From positions 64,815,257 to 64,879,256 of the forward strand of contig NC_068986.1 in NCBI RefSeq assembly GCF_001194135.2: a stretch of DNA of 64,000 nt. The letters are read 5' to 3'. This stretch comes from Octopus bimaculoides (Eukaryota). The notes under the pieces were generated by a model. The model did not search any database. It was given only the letters and a program-made list of their open reading frames with translations, and was not told the origin of the DNA. Shown here piece after piece: positions 45,701 through 55,726 of the stretch. Both the position numbers and the translations under genes were made by a program. Numbering within the stretch: the first letter of the stretch is position 1; each line of letters starts with the position of its first letter.

Positions 45701-48489
45701 TTTAATGGTGTAATGGTTTGTGCTTGTTAGACCTATTCAATTCATTAACTGGCAAACTGCCGCTGCAAGGCACATCAAGTAATTTACATCTGCCTGCTAG
45801 GCATTAGACTGTTACTCTATATCTTGAGCAGGCATATTTAAATGCACTACCATTGCTCATGCTTGAATACATTCATGTGACACATGGGTGTTTAATTTTT
45901 AAATCTTAGTCTATAAAAAATAGCTTTGTTGGTTAGAGGTTTCCAATGAATATCTGCGTCTCTGATGGTGAATGTGACGAAGGAGCGTCAGTAACTGAAT
46001 GGACATTGTTCAGAGAGTGTTAGATTTAGATAAATATATCTATCCTGTTAGAAACTAGAGATATTGACAAAATGGAGTTAATCCTCTATATATAAGTTAT
46101 AAGAATATAACTATTGCATGAATTTGGAGGAAATCCTCTATATATGTTATATTGATTGTTGTACATTGTGAATATATTTTTAATCTGAAGCGTGTCCTTT
46201 CAGCTGCCAAGGTAGATTGTAAATATATTGTTTTCACATATATTTACAAGATATGGATTTCTGGGTGCCATTTTCCAAATTAAATAAATATAAAAGTAAT
46301 AAACAAATCATTAATGAGTAGTATCAACCAAATTCTAACTCCATTCAGCTTTGAAATGAAGTGGAAAATGTCTGGAGATATTTACTTCATAAAACACAAA
46401 AAATAAACACACATTGCAAACAGTTTTTTGACCAGAAGTTTTTTCTAAAATGATGGTAAACTTTTGTTTCTTGCACAAAAGAGTCTCTGGTTTCAGGTTT
46501 TGATCCTCAAATCATCGTTACTTGAACTGTGATTTCATGTGTTTCAGGATTTGGTAACATTTATAGATATCTTTGGTACAGGACTGTAACTCTTTAGCAT
46601 TCAAATTATTCTGTCAAAAGTGACATTTATTACCTCCGCCAAGGAAGGGGTTATGTTTCCATCGGCGCTGGTTTGTCCGCTGTCTGTCTGTGCAAAATAA
46701 CTCAAAAAGTTGTAAACAGTATTTGATGAAACTAGTAGGAAAAGTTGGTAATGACACAAGGAACAGATGATGAAATTTTGGTAGTGATCCGGGAATTTTT
46801 ATGGATTCTTGAAGGATTTTTCATTTGTTATATCTACTTTACATGAAGTATTACAATGTTACGTTCTTTGATTATCTCCCTTCAAAACATGTTCATCGTT
46901 TCTCTATTAGTAATTTTATTCGCGTATCTATCTTAAAATGAACTGCTTGGCGGAGGTCTGCAGAGGATGACATGGCAAGCCTTGACTATTGGGATCGACT
47001 CAAAAAGCTCAGGTTTTGCTCCCTCCACCGCCGCTGTGAGCTCTATATCATCTGTATGATGTAGAAAATATTCCATCAACATTGCCCATCTTTAAAATTC
47101 GTCCGAGGCCCCCCCCCCCCCGTGTCATATCACAACACTATGACAGAACTATTTCACCTCAATTAGCCCTGCTCTCTTCAACATTGTGCCAGACACAAAT
47201 AAAGGAAGAAAGTGACTTCACGGCATTCAGACGATCCCCAGATCATTGCCCCCCAATAAATACCAGATAAACCACCTCCACCCAGATATGTCTCTGAAAA
47301 CAATATAACCCTCTGCTTGAATGGGCTACGGTTCCCCAAAGCTGACTGTGTATCTCTTCTAGGTGGTGCTATTAAACTAGACATGGCCTGAGTCACCTTC
47401 AGTCGAAACTTACCTAAATAATCTAATCTATGCTGTAACCTATTAATCAAAGCATGACAATGTGGGTAGAGGCTGATATCATAACATTTCTGATGGTCTT
47501 AAGTATAAAACAATTATTAAAGAGTTATATAGAACTACATTCACAGTAAGTCTATAAGTTATTGTGTTTAGACCTGGTTTCTATCCTCGAACTATTCCGT
47601 TTTGTAGATGCAGTTTTTTTGTTTTTTTTAATAAAGCACTCTGAAGTTAGAAAAATCAAAAATATGCAACAATCTCAGTCCCTTGAGTATCGGATAATGG
47701 ATTTTCAACTGTGTAAAGAAACTGATTGTGGTGATCGTAGTTTTAACGGTGATTGTGGTGAAAGCAGATACAGTACTGATGATGACGATGGTCAAGTTAA
47801 GTATGGGAGGAGGATAAAATAGGTGGTTATAATGGCGACAGAAGCGGTGTGATGCTGAGGTGATGGTGGTAATAGCAGTGTTGATAGTGTTTGTTGTATG
47901 ATGGTGGTATTGTAGTGGTTATACTGGTTGTGGGGAAAGTGACTGTGTTATTTTTTTTTACCCCTGCCAAGTGGGTTATGTATTTGCTGGTATTGGTTTG
48001 GGAAATTGGGCGATTTTCAGCATGCGTGTGTATGGGTGGAAATGAGCTGCTTGGCGGAGGTCTGCGCTCTCCATTCTTTTCTAAGGCAGAGTTCTTAAGT
48101 GAGTTGTCTTTCTCCATTGCCTTCTAAATCTCTTAATCCACAAAAGGAATAGAGTTCAATAGTGTAAATTAACTAAGCATTCAGCTGCTTCTTACATCAC
48201 TAAGTCTATAGTACTTATTGTCATGGAACTTAACTGAACTAGTTCACATTTAATTGTTTTTGTTATAAACATAAAGCAGATTGCTTACAAGTTCTGTGAC
48301 GGATGTCTGAATGCTATCTTCCTGGCTAGCCATCTTCCTTTATTCTGGTAATAACCAATTGCTATAATATTTATTTAACGTATAACTTTGAGAGTTATTC
48401 TTGCTTGTTTGTTAAAATCTGTATTTAACAATATTTTTGATTTTCACATTTTCCAGATGTTTGATGCTGCCTGTGAAGAAGAACTCTAA
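16915..48489 (+). CDS. PKMYT1: Membrane-associated Tyr/Thr Cdk1-inhibitory kinase Myt1 (Wee family), 16 coding exons, ~545-568 aa
   Basis: Exons: 16915-16983, 21528-21657, (22661 or 22730/22736)-22827, 25670-25752, 26560-26685, 27930-28005, 28613-28735, 28954-29048, 30774-30880, 31641-31744, 35818-35859, 37852-38026, 41051-41189, 43948-44061, 44946-45069, 48457-48489. Splice phases join with no stop. Motifs: [50 protein letters not shown], a hydrophobic membrane segment and C-terminal EPRNLL. Confidence 0.95.
19033..19333 (+). repeat. Tandem duplication (~136 bp and ~151 bp units), CpG-rich
   Basis: gtatattgaacaaatatgaaggaaaaaatgcgcgctg...ccggtcacaggagtgaaacaaaaatcatgtaat occurs at 19033-19168 and 19183-19333. 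Confidence 0.9.
20030..20425 (+). mobile_element. tRNA-derived SINE (family A head) with RTE-like 3' tail
   Basis: Head ggcgtggctgtatggtaagaag; tail ggccatctgactgtagaaaa...ccaagcatggaaaagtggacgtt. Confidence 0.75.
20566..20841. mobile_element. hAT-Charlie MITE with perfect 8-bp TSD
   Basis: cagtg...cactg ends; gtctagag at 20558-20565 and 20842-20849 (the NTCTAGAN Charlie target). Confidence 0.85.
21528..21657 (+). CDS. PKMYT1: Myt1 exon 2 ([25 protein letters not shown]...VSFHKTNN)
   Basis: Acceptor ttgcag|; [11 protein letters not shown] motif; donor a|GTATCCTTTT (U12-type). Confidence 0.85.
22730..22827 (+). CDS. PKMYT1: Myt1 exon 3 (..[30 protein letters not shown]); 5' boundary uncertain (22661, 22730 or 22736)
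   Basis: Contains the Gly-rich loop; donor gag|gttagt. Confidence 0.8.
22945..25400 (-). mobile_element. RTE-clade LINE, ~2.4 kb degenerate copy (endonuclease end, RT, C-terminus) in Myt1 intron 3
   Basis: Minus-strand ORF fragments: [23 protein letters not shown]; [13 protein letters not shown]; [13 protein letters not shown]; [19 protein letters not shown]; [11 protein letters not shown]; [17 protein letters not shown]. (GAT)n tail at ~22945. Confidence 0.9.
25405..25522 (-). mobile_element. tRNA-derived SINE (family B: ctgagttcaaattc.gccgaggtcgact)
   Basis: Same core as 42277-42497, 31280-31380 and 38780-38980. Confidence 0.7.
25670..25752 (+). CDS. PKMYT1: Myt1 exon 4 ([28 protein letters not shown])
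   Basis: ttctcag| ... cg|gtaagt; contains the catalytic Lys. Confidence 0.93.
26560..26685 (+). CDS. PKMYT1: Myt1 exon 5 ([41 protein letters not shown])
   Basis: cttcag| ... ag|gtatgc. Confidence 0.93.
27930..28005 (+). CDS. PKMYT1: Myt1 exon 6 ([26 protein letters not shown])
   Basis: ttgtag| ... atg|gtaagg. Confidence 0.92.
28060..28537 (+). mobile_element. RTE-tail repeat with internally duplicated unit
   Basis: The gtaaag.gttggc.tt.ggaagggcat.cagc.gtaaaaa.catg.caaaa unit occurs twice; a similar copy is at 29620-29950. Confidence 0.55.
28613..28735 (+). CDS. PKMYT1: Myt1 exon 7 ([41 protein letters not shown])
   Basis: atttag| ... aag|gtaggt; contains the catalytic loop and DFG. Confidence 0.95.
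28954..29048 (+). CDS. PKMYT1: Myt1 exon 8 ([32 protein letters not shown])
   Basis: gaatag| ... ag|gtgaat. Confidence 0.93.
30774..30880 (+). CDS. PKMYT1: Myt1 exon 9 ([35 protein letters not shown])
   Basis: ttcgaag| ... caag|gtaagc. Confidence 0.93.
31641..31744 (+). CDS. PKMYT1: Myt1 exon 10 ([35 protein letters not shown])
   Basis: ttgtag| ... aaa|gtatgt. Confidence 0.92.
32241..32456. repeat. ~215 bp hairpin (inverted repeat), ~95-bp arms, ~29-nt loop, between (TA)n tracts
   Basis: aatttgagtagaggcaatacgagtggaaaactagagga...atccagcagaatatccaatatatatgcgtactttcttcgacatt versus its reverse complement at 32368-32456. Confidence 0.9.
32714..33258 (+). mobile_element. RTE LINE 3' fragment, relatively young, runs into gap
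   Basis: Uninterrupted [44 protein letters not shown]...[27 protein letters not shown]. Confidence 0.9.
33486..33940. repeat. Compound (TA)/(TG)/(CA) microsatellite array
   Basis: Direct reading; source of the YI/TH-rich spurious ORFs. Confidence 0.97.
33950..34092 (-). mobile_element. SINE family A copy
   Basis: cttctttcagtttc...ccaaatccactcacaaggctttg...aagcttcttaccac. Confidence 0.75.
34700..35130 (-). mobile_element. Penelope-like element GIY-YIG endonuclease relic
   Basis: Minus frames: [22 protein letters not shown] (cf. FTCTSSNLIYCIxCxxCxxxYIG), MSQHIF (cf. VSxHFN) and LVFQLG (cf. LIFxLGT). Very degenerate. Confidence 0.45.
35290..35680 (-). mobile_element. RTE LINE 3' fragment, old
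   Basis: Reverse complement aligns to the C-terminal part of the 7100 and 32714 RTE copies. Confidence 0.7.
35818..35859 (+). CDS. PKMYT1: Myt1 exon 11 ([14 protein letters not shown])
   Basis: cttttag| ... att|gtaagt; 42 nt, phase 0/0. Confidence 0.8.
37852..38026 (+). CDS. PKMYT1: Myt1 exon 12 with membrane-anchor segment ([32 protein letters not shown]...VSD)
   Basis: cctgtag| ... atg|gtaagt; the hydrophobic stretch is diagnostic of Myt1 versus Wee1. Confidence 0.87.
38140..38530 (-). mobile_element. CR1-group LINE 3' relic
   Basis: [17 protein letters not shown]. Similar relics lie at 40090-40330 ([10 protein letters not shown]) and 55190-55350 (PAHIFPEDVDLSQFKCSIN). Confidence 0.55.
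40519..40954. repeat. Head-to-head inverted pair of a tRNA-headed interspersed repeat (palindrome, ~215-bp arms)
   Basis: Left arm 40519-40734 is the reverse complement of right arm 40745-40954. Head ggtgtagtggttaag...ccgattcc resembles Pol III A/B boxes. Confidence 0.92.
40564..40609 (-). ncRNA. Putative minimal type-I hammerhead ribozyme (Penelope-like)
   Basis: Minus strand reads GACAC-CUGAUGA-A-GGCUG(N10)CAGCC-GAAA-UG-UU-GUGUU. The core nucleotides, stem II and a 5-bp stem I are all present. Confidence 0.55.
41051..41189 (+). CDS. PKMYT1: Myt1 exon 13 (acidic [14 protein letters not shown]...NQCFG)
   Basis: tttcag| ... gg|gtaatt; phases 1/2 fit the neighbouring exons. Confidence 0.8.
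41555..42182 (+). mobile_element. RTE LINE 3' fragment spanning a gap
   Basis: [31 protein letters not shown]...[16 protein letters not shown]; tail with (GAT)n after the gap. Confidence 0.9.
42213..42795 (+). mobile_element. SINE family A copy interrupted by a nested SINE
   Basis: The host sequence agtcccactgtg|tggcacc is split at 42276/42498. Confidence 0.8.
42277..42497 (-). mobile_element. Young full-length tRNA-derived SINE (family B), nested
   Basis: CpG-intact; B box gagttcaaattcc; 5-bp ctgtg duplication at 42272-42276 and 42498-42502. Confidence 0.85.
43948..44061 (+). CDS. PKMYT1: Myt1 exon 14 ([38 protein letters not shown])
   Basis: ttttccag| ... gt|gtaagt; phase 2/2, open; contains TP/SP sites. 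Confidence 0.78.
44946..45069 (+). CDS. PKMYT1: Myt1 exon 15 (SSSSPKPV...[21 protein letters not shown]), GC donor
   Basis: ttttag| ... ggg|GCAAGT; contains the RNL cyclin-binding motif. Confidence 0.85.
46626..46962 (+). mobile_element. Helentron-associated non-autonomous element (HINE/DINE-like)
   Basis: Subterminal IRs acctccgccaag (46632-46643) and cttggcggaggt (46946-46957); T-rich start; gtctgtctg tract. Confidence 0.7.
47060..47500 (-). pseudogene. Tc1/Tc3-like transposase relic
   Basis: [19 protein letters not shown] (cf. VIFSDEKKFNLDGPDG...YW), GAMIWG and LFVSGTM. Confidence 0.45.
47950..48085 (+). mobile_element. Second, internally deleted HINE copy
   Basis: acccctgccaag (47960-47971) and cttggcggaggtctgcgctctcc (48050-48072). 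Confidence 0.65.
48457..48489 (+). CDS. PKMYT1: Myt1 terminal exon ([10 protein letters not shown])
   Basis: cattttccag|atg. Completes EPRNLLGMFD, comparable to vertebrate EPRNLLSLFE. Confidence 0.78.
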   Translation: MFDAACEEEL

Positions 48490-48675
48490 AATATATATAT
48501 ATACACACACACACACTCACTCACATTTTTTTCCTCATGAAAGACTTTATTTCATCTCAATCTGCCACACTTCATCATTATTTCTCTCGAGTCTTCCATA
48601 TATATCAAATCACCTTTTCAGATTTCTCTCATCCCTCCTACTGTACAATAATCTACCAACTTACAAATCTGTGTA

Positions 48676-48681
48676 AATAAA
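48676..48681 (+). terminator. Candidate polyadenylation signal for Myt1
   Basis: First AATAAA I see, ~190 nt after the stop. Common by chance in AT-rich DNA. Confidence 0.3.
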
Positions 48682-51600
48682 GCAAGAGATAAAAAAAAAA
48701 GTTGAATTTTAATACTTCTGATACACATTCACTTATATTTCCACATGCACATGTTAAATTTTTTTTCTGTACTTTCTAATGTTTCTGTCATTCAAAGCTC
48801 TTTCATGTTTACTTTTTTTTTTAATGATTATTCTGTTTTGCTTCCATACAGAAAAATAATTTGTAGCATCTATGTTTAAAAGAGATAAGACAAATCTACA
48901 AAAAAAATCTGTGATATTCTCTCAGTTCCTGCCATATTGACTTTTTCTACAATATCATTCCATTTCTTGTAGGTTTTTGTTGATACAATCTACTCCCACT
49001 TCCTCATAATGTCTTACTAAAAGGCAGGGGATAAAGGTTATAGTTCATCTTCATAATTTTTAACTGGACTATGTCTTTAGTATGTGTATGTTTTACAGTT
49101 CAGCAGTTGTAAATTTTTAAATTATGAACTTTGTGTTTATTATTATGAAGGCTTCCTCATATAAATTTAATATCTGCATTTACATGTGTACACACACACA
49201 GAAACACACAAACGCGCACACACACACACACACACACACAGATAAAATAGGTTGCTGTAAATGGTTAGGTCTATAACTTCTTTTGGCTAAGGGTCACTTT
49301 GAAAACTGGTGAAGAATGGTTAGAAGCAAAGCAGACCACACTGGTTCTCTATGACTCATACTAATCAGACAACTTAATGACTCACCAGTCTTAGTTTATG
49401 TTGCTATATGTTGTCTTCTATTATGTGACTGCAGTGGAAGCAAGAAACGATTTAAGAATTGCTAAAGGCATCAACTAGCAAGTTAAAACTGTCAGATTTA
49501 CTGGTCACAAGCACAATTTATATTAGTTTGAAGAATTAGTAAGCCCTATAGAGTGAAGCTAAGCTGTTGAGGAATTGAGGCTGCAGAAGTTCTGATTCCC
49601 AGCTGTAGTCATTTTCACTCCCAATCTTAATTCCTAGAGTCGCTAACCACTGGGTATAGCTTCACTGTTATCAGTTTATGATGTAATCGAAACCTTCTAA
49701 AGGGAAGTAATTGCAGCTTACTGACTAGGTAGTTACCCCCCCTAACTGTCTACGTTTTCCACCAGCAATGTTTTTAATTCACTGAGATAAATTATTTTCG
49801 TTTTGTATATTTTTCTTGTTCTGGTTTTTGTTGATCCCTTTGTTTTTTGCCCTTTTCTCGTTTAAGAGTAAGTAAAATCATTTGCTGCGATTTTGTAGAA
49901 ATATTTCACACATGTGAATTTATGAAAGAATCTTTATTGTTTTTTTTACAAAAAAAAAAAAGAAAAAATTTTGCAGCCAACAGTTTTACTTTAAGAACCA
50001 CATGGTAGCTTCCTAGTTTTACTTTATGTAATTGTTATATTGAAGGAAATGCTTCAACTCGGATTATTCATTTAAAAGAAAATTCTTTGTAGAAATAAGG
50101 ATTTTGGTAAGTCATTCACATTGTGACTAACTGAGCTAAAGCTTTTGTTTCATCAGCATCATGAAGTAAGGTGCATTGTTTTCCAAGAACTTTGGAAATT
50201 TAGTGATGTAATAAATTAGTATCTAATTTGATCTCAGTTCACTGGGGGAGTGCAAAATCATTGCACTTACATTGGATTCTTGATTGAGTTGAAAATCTAA
50301 TTGTTCAAGGGAAGAAGAACACTCAGCTCTTTAAGGTCCAATATGTTTCTTATTTTATTGATGCCTATTAAGATCCAATTGGTCTTAGACTTCTTTAACT
50401 GTAGATAGACTAAACCCAAATTCTGTACAGCATATTGTTTCACCATCTTCATAACAGTCAATATTGAAATATTTACTGGCTGCAAAAAGAAATGATTGTG
50501 ACACATTTGACAGTTTTATATTTCATCCTTCTACATTTTAAGTTCAAATCCTGCTAGAGCAATTTGACCAGTGTCATGAAAACCATCAGTAATATACTGG
50601 AGTTCATTCATCTTGTTTGAAATCTATGTACATATTAAACAGAACTTAATATTAAGTAGTCAGTGAGATATTCAGTAATATGTCTTGCAATATGTAATGT
50701 AATATGTAATGTATATCATATGATGTATATACATACATATATGTGTATCATATGATATATGTATGAGATATAAAATGTATATGAAATGTGTATACTTGTA
50801 AGATATTTTCATATTTTTTGCATGCTGCACTGCTTGAAATAATACCTTTAAGACCATATTGTAAATAAACTATCTTTTAAACTAATTTTTTTTTTTTTGT
50901 ATATAACCAATGATTTTAATCTCCATAATATGGAGAACTCTGTGCCTCAGTCTGATTTTCTTCTGTTTTTTTTTGTACACTGACCTTAATTTTGCACATG
51001 GAAAAGAAAAATAAATTTTATTCATCCCTTGACAACTAGTGCATTAATTTTTTTCCTTTTAAACTTACTGCTGTCTTTTAGTATCCTGTCATTGGTGGGT
51101 GAGTAGATCTATGATCAAAAATATTCCATCTCTTACCATCTGTATCTTTTTTTTACTTTCAGAATTAGTATGTCTAGGATGACATTATCAAATTTCTTTC
51201 CTTTATTATGTAACTCACTTCACCCAGTTGCCAGGAATGCATAGCTACAAGATCTGAGAATGTTATCTGCTAGAAATAGCAGCCAAATCACAGAAAGAAC
51301 ATATTTTGGGTAGCATGTTCCTAGATCTACAATGAACACAACTGGCCCTTTTTTTTTTAATCATACACTTGCCCAGTCAAGACTGATCTAGAGTTGAGCA
51401 GTAACATGTTCTCTCAAATTCCACATAGCTTTGACAATTTAGTAAAGTGATTCACTAGGTTCAAGTTAGTGTTATATCTAAATACAATTAGAAATGTGAG
51501 ATAAATCTAGGACTGAATCAAGGACCTTTTAATCTTACAACTGTTTATGCTTTGCAATATCTATATCACTTTCTTCTCTATCCTTCTCGTATTCGTATAG

Positions 51601-52282
51601 ATACTGATCGATGACTTCAATGGCATATCCATAAATATTCATAGTTAGCATTCACTGGATTAAAATAAAAGTGTATATGGTGTATTGTATAATGTTTAGT
51701 TGATAATGTCAACTTAAGGAGTAAGAGTTCATATCCCTTCATAGATATTTTGTGTTGGTTTTAAAAGCATTTAACTCTCAGCAATCCAGCTCAGTCTAGC
51801 TCTATGATCATATGTAGGGGTTTTAGTTCATAATTAAGCTGTCTTACATATATGCTGTGAGAAAGCAAAATTTCAGAATGTAATTGAGCTGACAAAAATT
51901 TCAAATACTACAGGGTGTATAAAGTTAAAAACAAAATGTACCAAGCGTACTTAATTCTTCGTTTCCCGTGTTCAAACCCTAACAATATTGGGTATTTAGT
52001 ATGAGGAATGGCATTCATATATGTTACTCCTCCTGCATTAATTTCTGTCATCATCAACATTATTCCTGTTATTGTTATTTATTTTTTTTCTTCTGATGTC
52101 ATTTGTTAAGATAAGTTTGCAGTGCAGTGTTTCTCTAATTCTCTCAATCCTGAAAATCTGAGATTGAAGCATGTCATTTTCATTTTTGTTGTTTTATTGT
52201 CTCTGCAGCTACCTTCCACATTTCTCATTTCCCCATGTTCCATGACATCACGTCAATGTATAGAAAAAGAAAATCATCATAG

Positions 52283-52640
52283 GCGCAAGTGTGGCTGTGT
52301 GGTAAGAAGCTTGCTTCCCAACTTCATGGTTCTGGGTTCAGTCCCACTGTGACACCCTGGGCTTCTTCTGCTACAGCCTTGGGTCAACCAAAGCCTTGTG
52401 AGTGGATTTGGTAGAGAGAAACTGAAAAGAAGCCCGTCGTGTATATATGTGTGTGCATGTTAACCTCACCATCGCTTGACAACTGATGTTGGTGTGTTTA
52501 CGTTCCTGTAACTTAGCAGTTCGGCAAAGGAGACTGGTAGAATAAGTACCATGCTTACAACGAATAAGTCCTGGGGTTGATCTCTTTGACTAAAAGGCAG
52601 TACTCCAGCATGGCTACAGTCAAATGACTGAAACCAGAAT
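52283..52640 (+). mobile_element. SINE family A copy
   Basis: Full head, body and tail, matching the reverse complement of 55383-55726. Confidence 0.8.
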
Positions 52641-55382
52641 GCCCATCCAGTTAAAAAAAAAATACAAAACTGGTTGTATTAAAATGTTTCACTTTTAGTG
52701 CTCTTTCTCTCTCTCTCTCTCTTTGATATATTGTATAAATATATTATCAGTTGGTTAAAAACAAATAACACAAATCTATATATTGTAATAATTTTATATA
52801 TTGTGCATAGCATGTATCAAAGTTCAAGAGAGGTAAGCTATTGGCAAACCAAAACGGCTAATACTATCCAATTTCAATCTAGTTGAAAGTAATTTCATTT
52901 CCAAACTGTGCTAATGTTCGGGTTAAGACAACACCACTACAATCCCCTTTTATAATCGATATAAGGTAATATCTTTATCTCTGTTGATATATAATTCAAG
53001 GTGGTTTGAATAGTCGGATAGAAATTGATATTTTATATACTAAATGGTGTGTTCCAAATGGCAAAAGAGAAATTCTTGTCATTTCCTCACTGGAATTTTT
53101 TTCATTTTGCTTACTTTGTTAAGAGAAGGGCATTGAAACATCTTAATCTGTCATTATTAATATTGATGGACTCAGAGTATATAATTATTTTGTGTCACTG
53201 TCCTACTGTCCCAAATGGGGTCGAATTTATATTTCATCTATTATGAGATCAATATCCCCAGGTCAGATCTGAGTCCAATGATGAAGGCAAGTTAGATGCA
53301 ACTATCTACATCTCCCCCAGCCCTAGGAAGTGTATCTAGAGCTATATTAGGACAATTTGGTAAGGATTGAACAAGATTAAGCTGCTAATTTTTGCACTTC
53401 GCTCGACCACAGAGCTAATTCGATGGTAAATTGGTATTGCAAATGTTCTGTTATAAAAATTGAACTGTGTGTCTTGTCAAGAAGTTTAATCTGTAAATAT
53501 TTATCCCATTGGGAAATACGTGGTTATCACAACTCACCAGTTTCTATGCTGTCTTGACCTCTATTGCCCAAAGTCTACTTAAATATTGATCCTGTAATAT
53601 AATATAATTAACTTTCTTTCAAACCTTTCCATTTCTGTTATATATTATCAAATTTTGTACATTGTTTCCTCGTGAGTTAGAAATAAACTATAAAAAAAAA
53701 ATGAAAAGACAAAAACGTCTTGTGTTATTTTATAAATGTAAGTAAAATAGTGGTGACTCACTACAATGCATTGCAGTGGTTTTCATCAGTCTCTTAAAAT
53801 GAAATTAAATGATGCAAGTTTTTACTAATAAATAATTTATGAAAATGATGAATGTGAGCTCTCCAAAAGTGGAGATCATTTCAATCCCAGTTTCAGTTCA
53901 GGATTAATGGTAGATCGGTAGAAACAGTTGACCAGTGAACAAAATCGTTTGCAGTCTTTAGCTACATTCTCCGAGTTCAATTTCTACCAAGGTCAATTTT
54001 GTTTTACATCTTCCCAGATTCAGGGGTGTGTGGAAAAAAACAAAAATCAAACAATGTGCCAGTCAAGTACCTGGGGTCGATTCAAAAGATTATTGAAAGA
54101 TTTTTTTTTTACCATTTATATCATTTATTTATATTATATCTTACAAGCACAGAAAGTAAACATTTGTATAACTGAAGGGGGGAAATATTTGAAAATTCTA
54201 GCCTGTGATGAAATTACTATTTATCGTGAGGCACTTAATTTTCTAAAACCTCCCGTAGCACACGTATGCGTGTATATATGCATATATAGATGTGAATGAA
54301 TATATATGCATGTATAATCTCATTAAATATAAGTAAAAATGCTGGAATGTAGACGTCATAATATTCTTCAGTTAAGAGCTGGATATTCCTTCAATTTTCC
54401 TTTTTTTTTACTTCTACAAAAACAATTTTATTCTTTGATGGCTTGCCATAATGTCTTTCAATCCATCTTTTTTGTTGATTGCTAAATCAGAATGGTGATA
54501 AATCTTGCTCTTATTCTGTTTGAATTGTGATTCAAGTGTTCCTGTCAGTTTTTATATTAGATTTTGTTTTTTAAATTTTGTTTCTACCTTTATGTAGTTA
54601 AACTAGTCAAACATTTATGTATTTGTGTTAGTATGTTTTTGTTTGAAATGTCTAAATCTAATGATTTATTGAAAATTTAGATGATTTAATAATTACATTT
54701 ATAATACATGATACATATATAATACAAAACCAAAGAAAGCACAAACCTGAATGAAGAAAGAAAGAAGAAAAAAGAAACTAATATCAATTGCATGTATGTA
54801 CGTATGTATACATACCTGTATAAATATATCGCTTAATTGCTATTGGTATGTTTACGTGTATATATTTATTATGTCAACTAAAGCAACTACCATTTGTTGA
54901 ATAATATATTTATAAACGAAGGGATGTCACTCTAAGTTTATTAGGTATTTTTTTCTTCCTGAAACACTTATAAAATATAGGTGAGAATATTCAACGGAAG
55001 CAGAAATTATGTGAAAGTTAATGTAGACAAAAAAATTATATTCACTAGCAATTTCTACGTCTTCTTTTATTTTTTTATATATCTACGTTGTTTCCCTGTA
55101 TGTACACAATTTATGAACAGAGTAATGTCCTCCTAATTCCAATGTATAATTTATTTTGTTGCTGGATTCGGAGAAAAGGGTTGGATCTTTGAAGGCGCTC
55201 CGAGTGCAATCAGATCGATGCTGTTAATACTGCATTTAAATTGCGACAAGTCGACATCTTCAGGAAAGATATGAGCAGGAGTGTGGAGGGGCATGTCATT
55301 GAGAGAAAGGAGTTAGTTTGGTGGTTTACGATAAGGAAGTCTCTTCTCGTCTAGAAGCATAACTTCTTTTTACATTTTACTT

Positions 55383-55726
55383 GTTTTAGTCAATTGGCTG
55401 CGGCCATGCTGGGGTACCGCCATGATGGGTTTTTAATCGAACAAATCGACCCTAAGGCTTTTTTTTTTAAGCTTAGTATTTATTCTATCAGTTTTTTTTT
55501 TTTTTGTCAAACCGCTAACTTACAGTGACACAAACACACCAACACCGGTTGTCAAGTGGTGGTAGGGGAACACACGCACACACACACGCACACGCACACG
55601 CACACACATGACAGGCTTTCAATTTCTGTCTCCCAAATTCACCCACAGGGCTTTGGGCGGCTCGAGGCTCTAGTAGAAGACACTTGCCCAAGGTCACACG
55701 CAGTGAGACTGAACCCGGAACCGTGC
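55383..55726 (-). mobile_element. SINE family A copy
   Basis: As above, in opposite orientation. Confidence 0.8.

Noticed and set aside
53278-53345. C-box-like ATGATGA suggesting a snoRNA
   Set aside because: There is no suitably placed D box or terminal stem, and it is not inside a supported intron.
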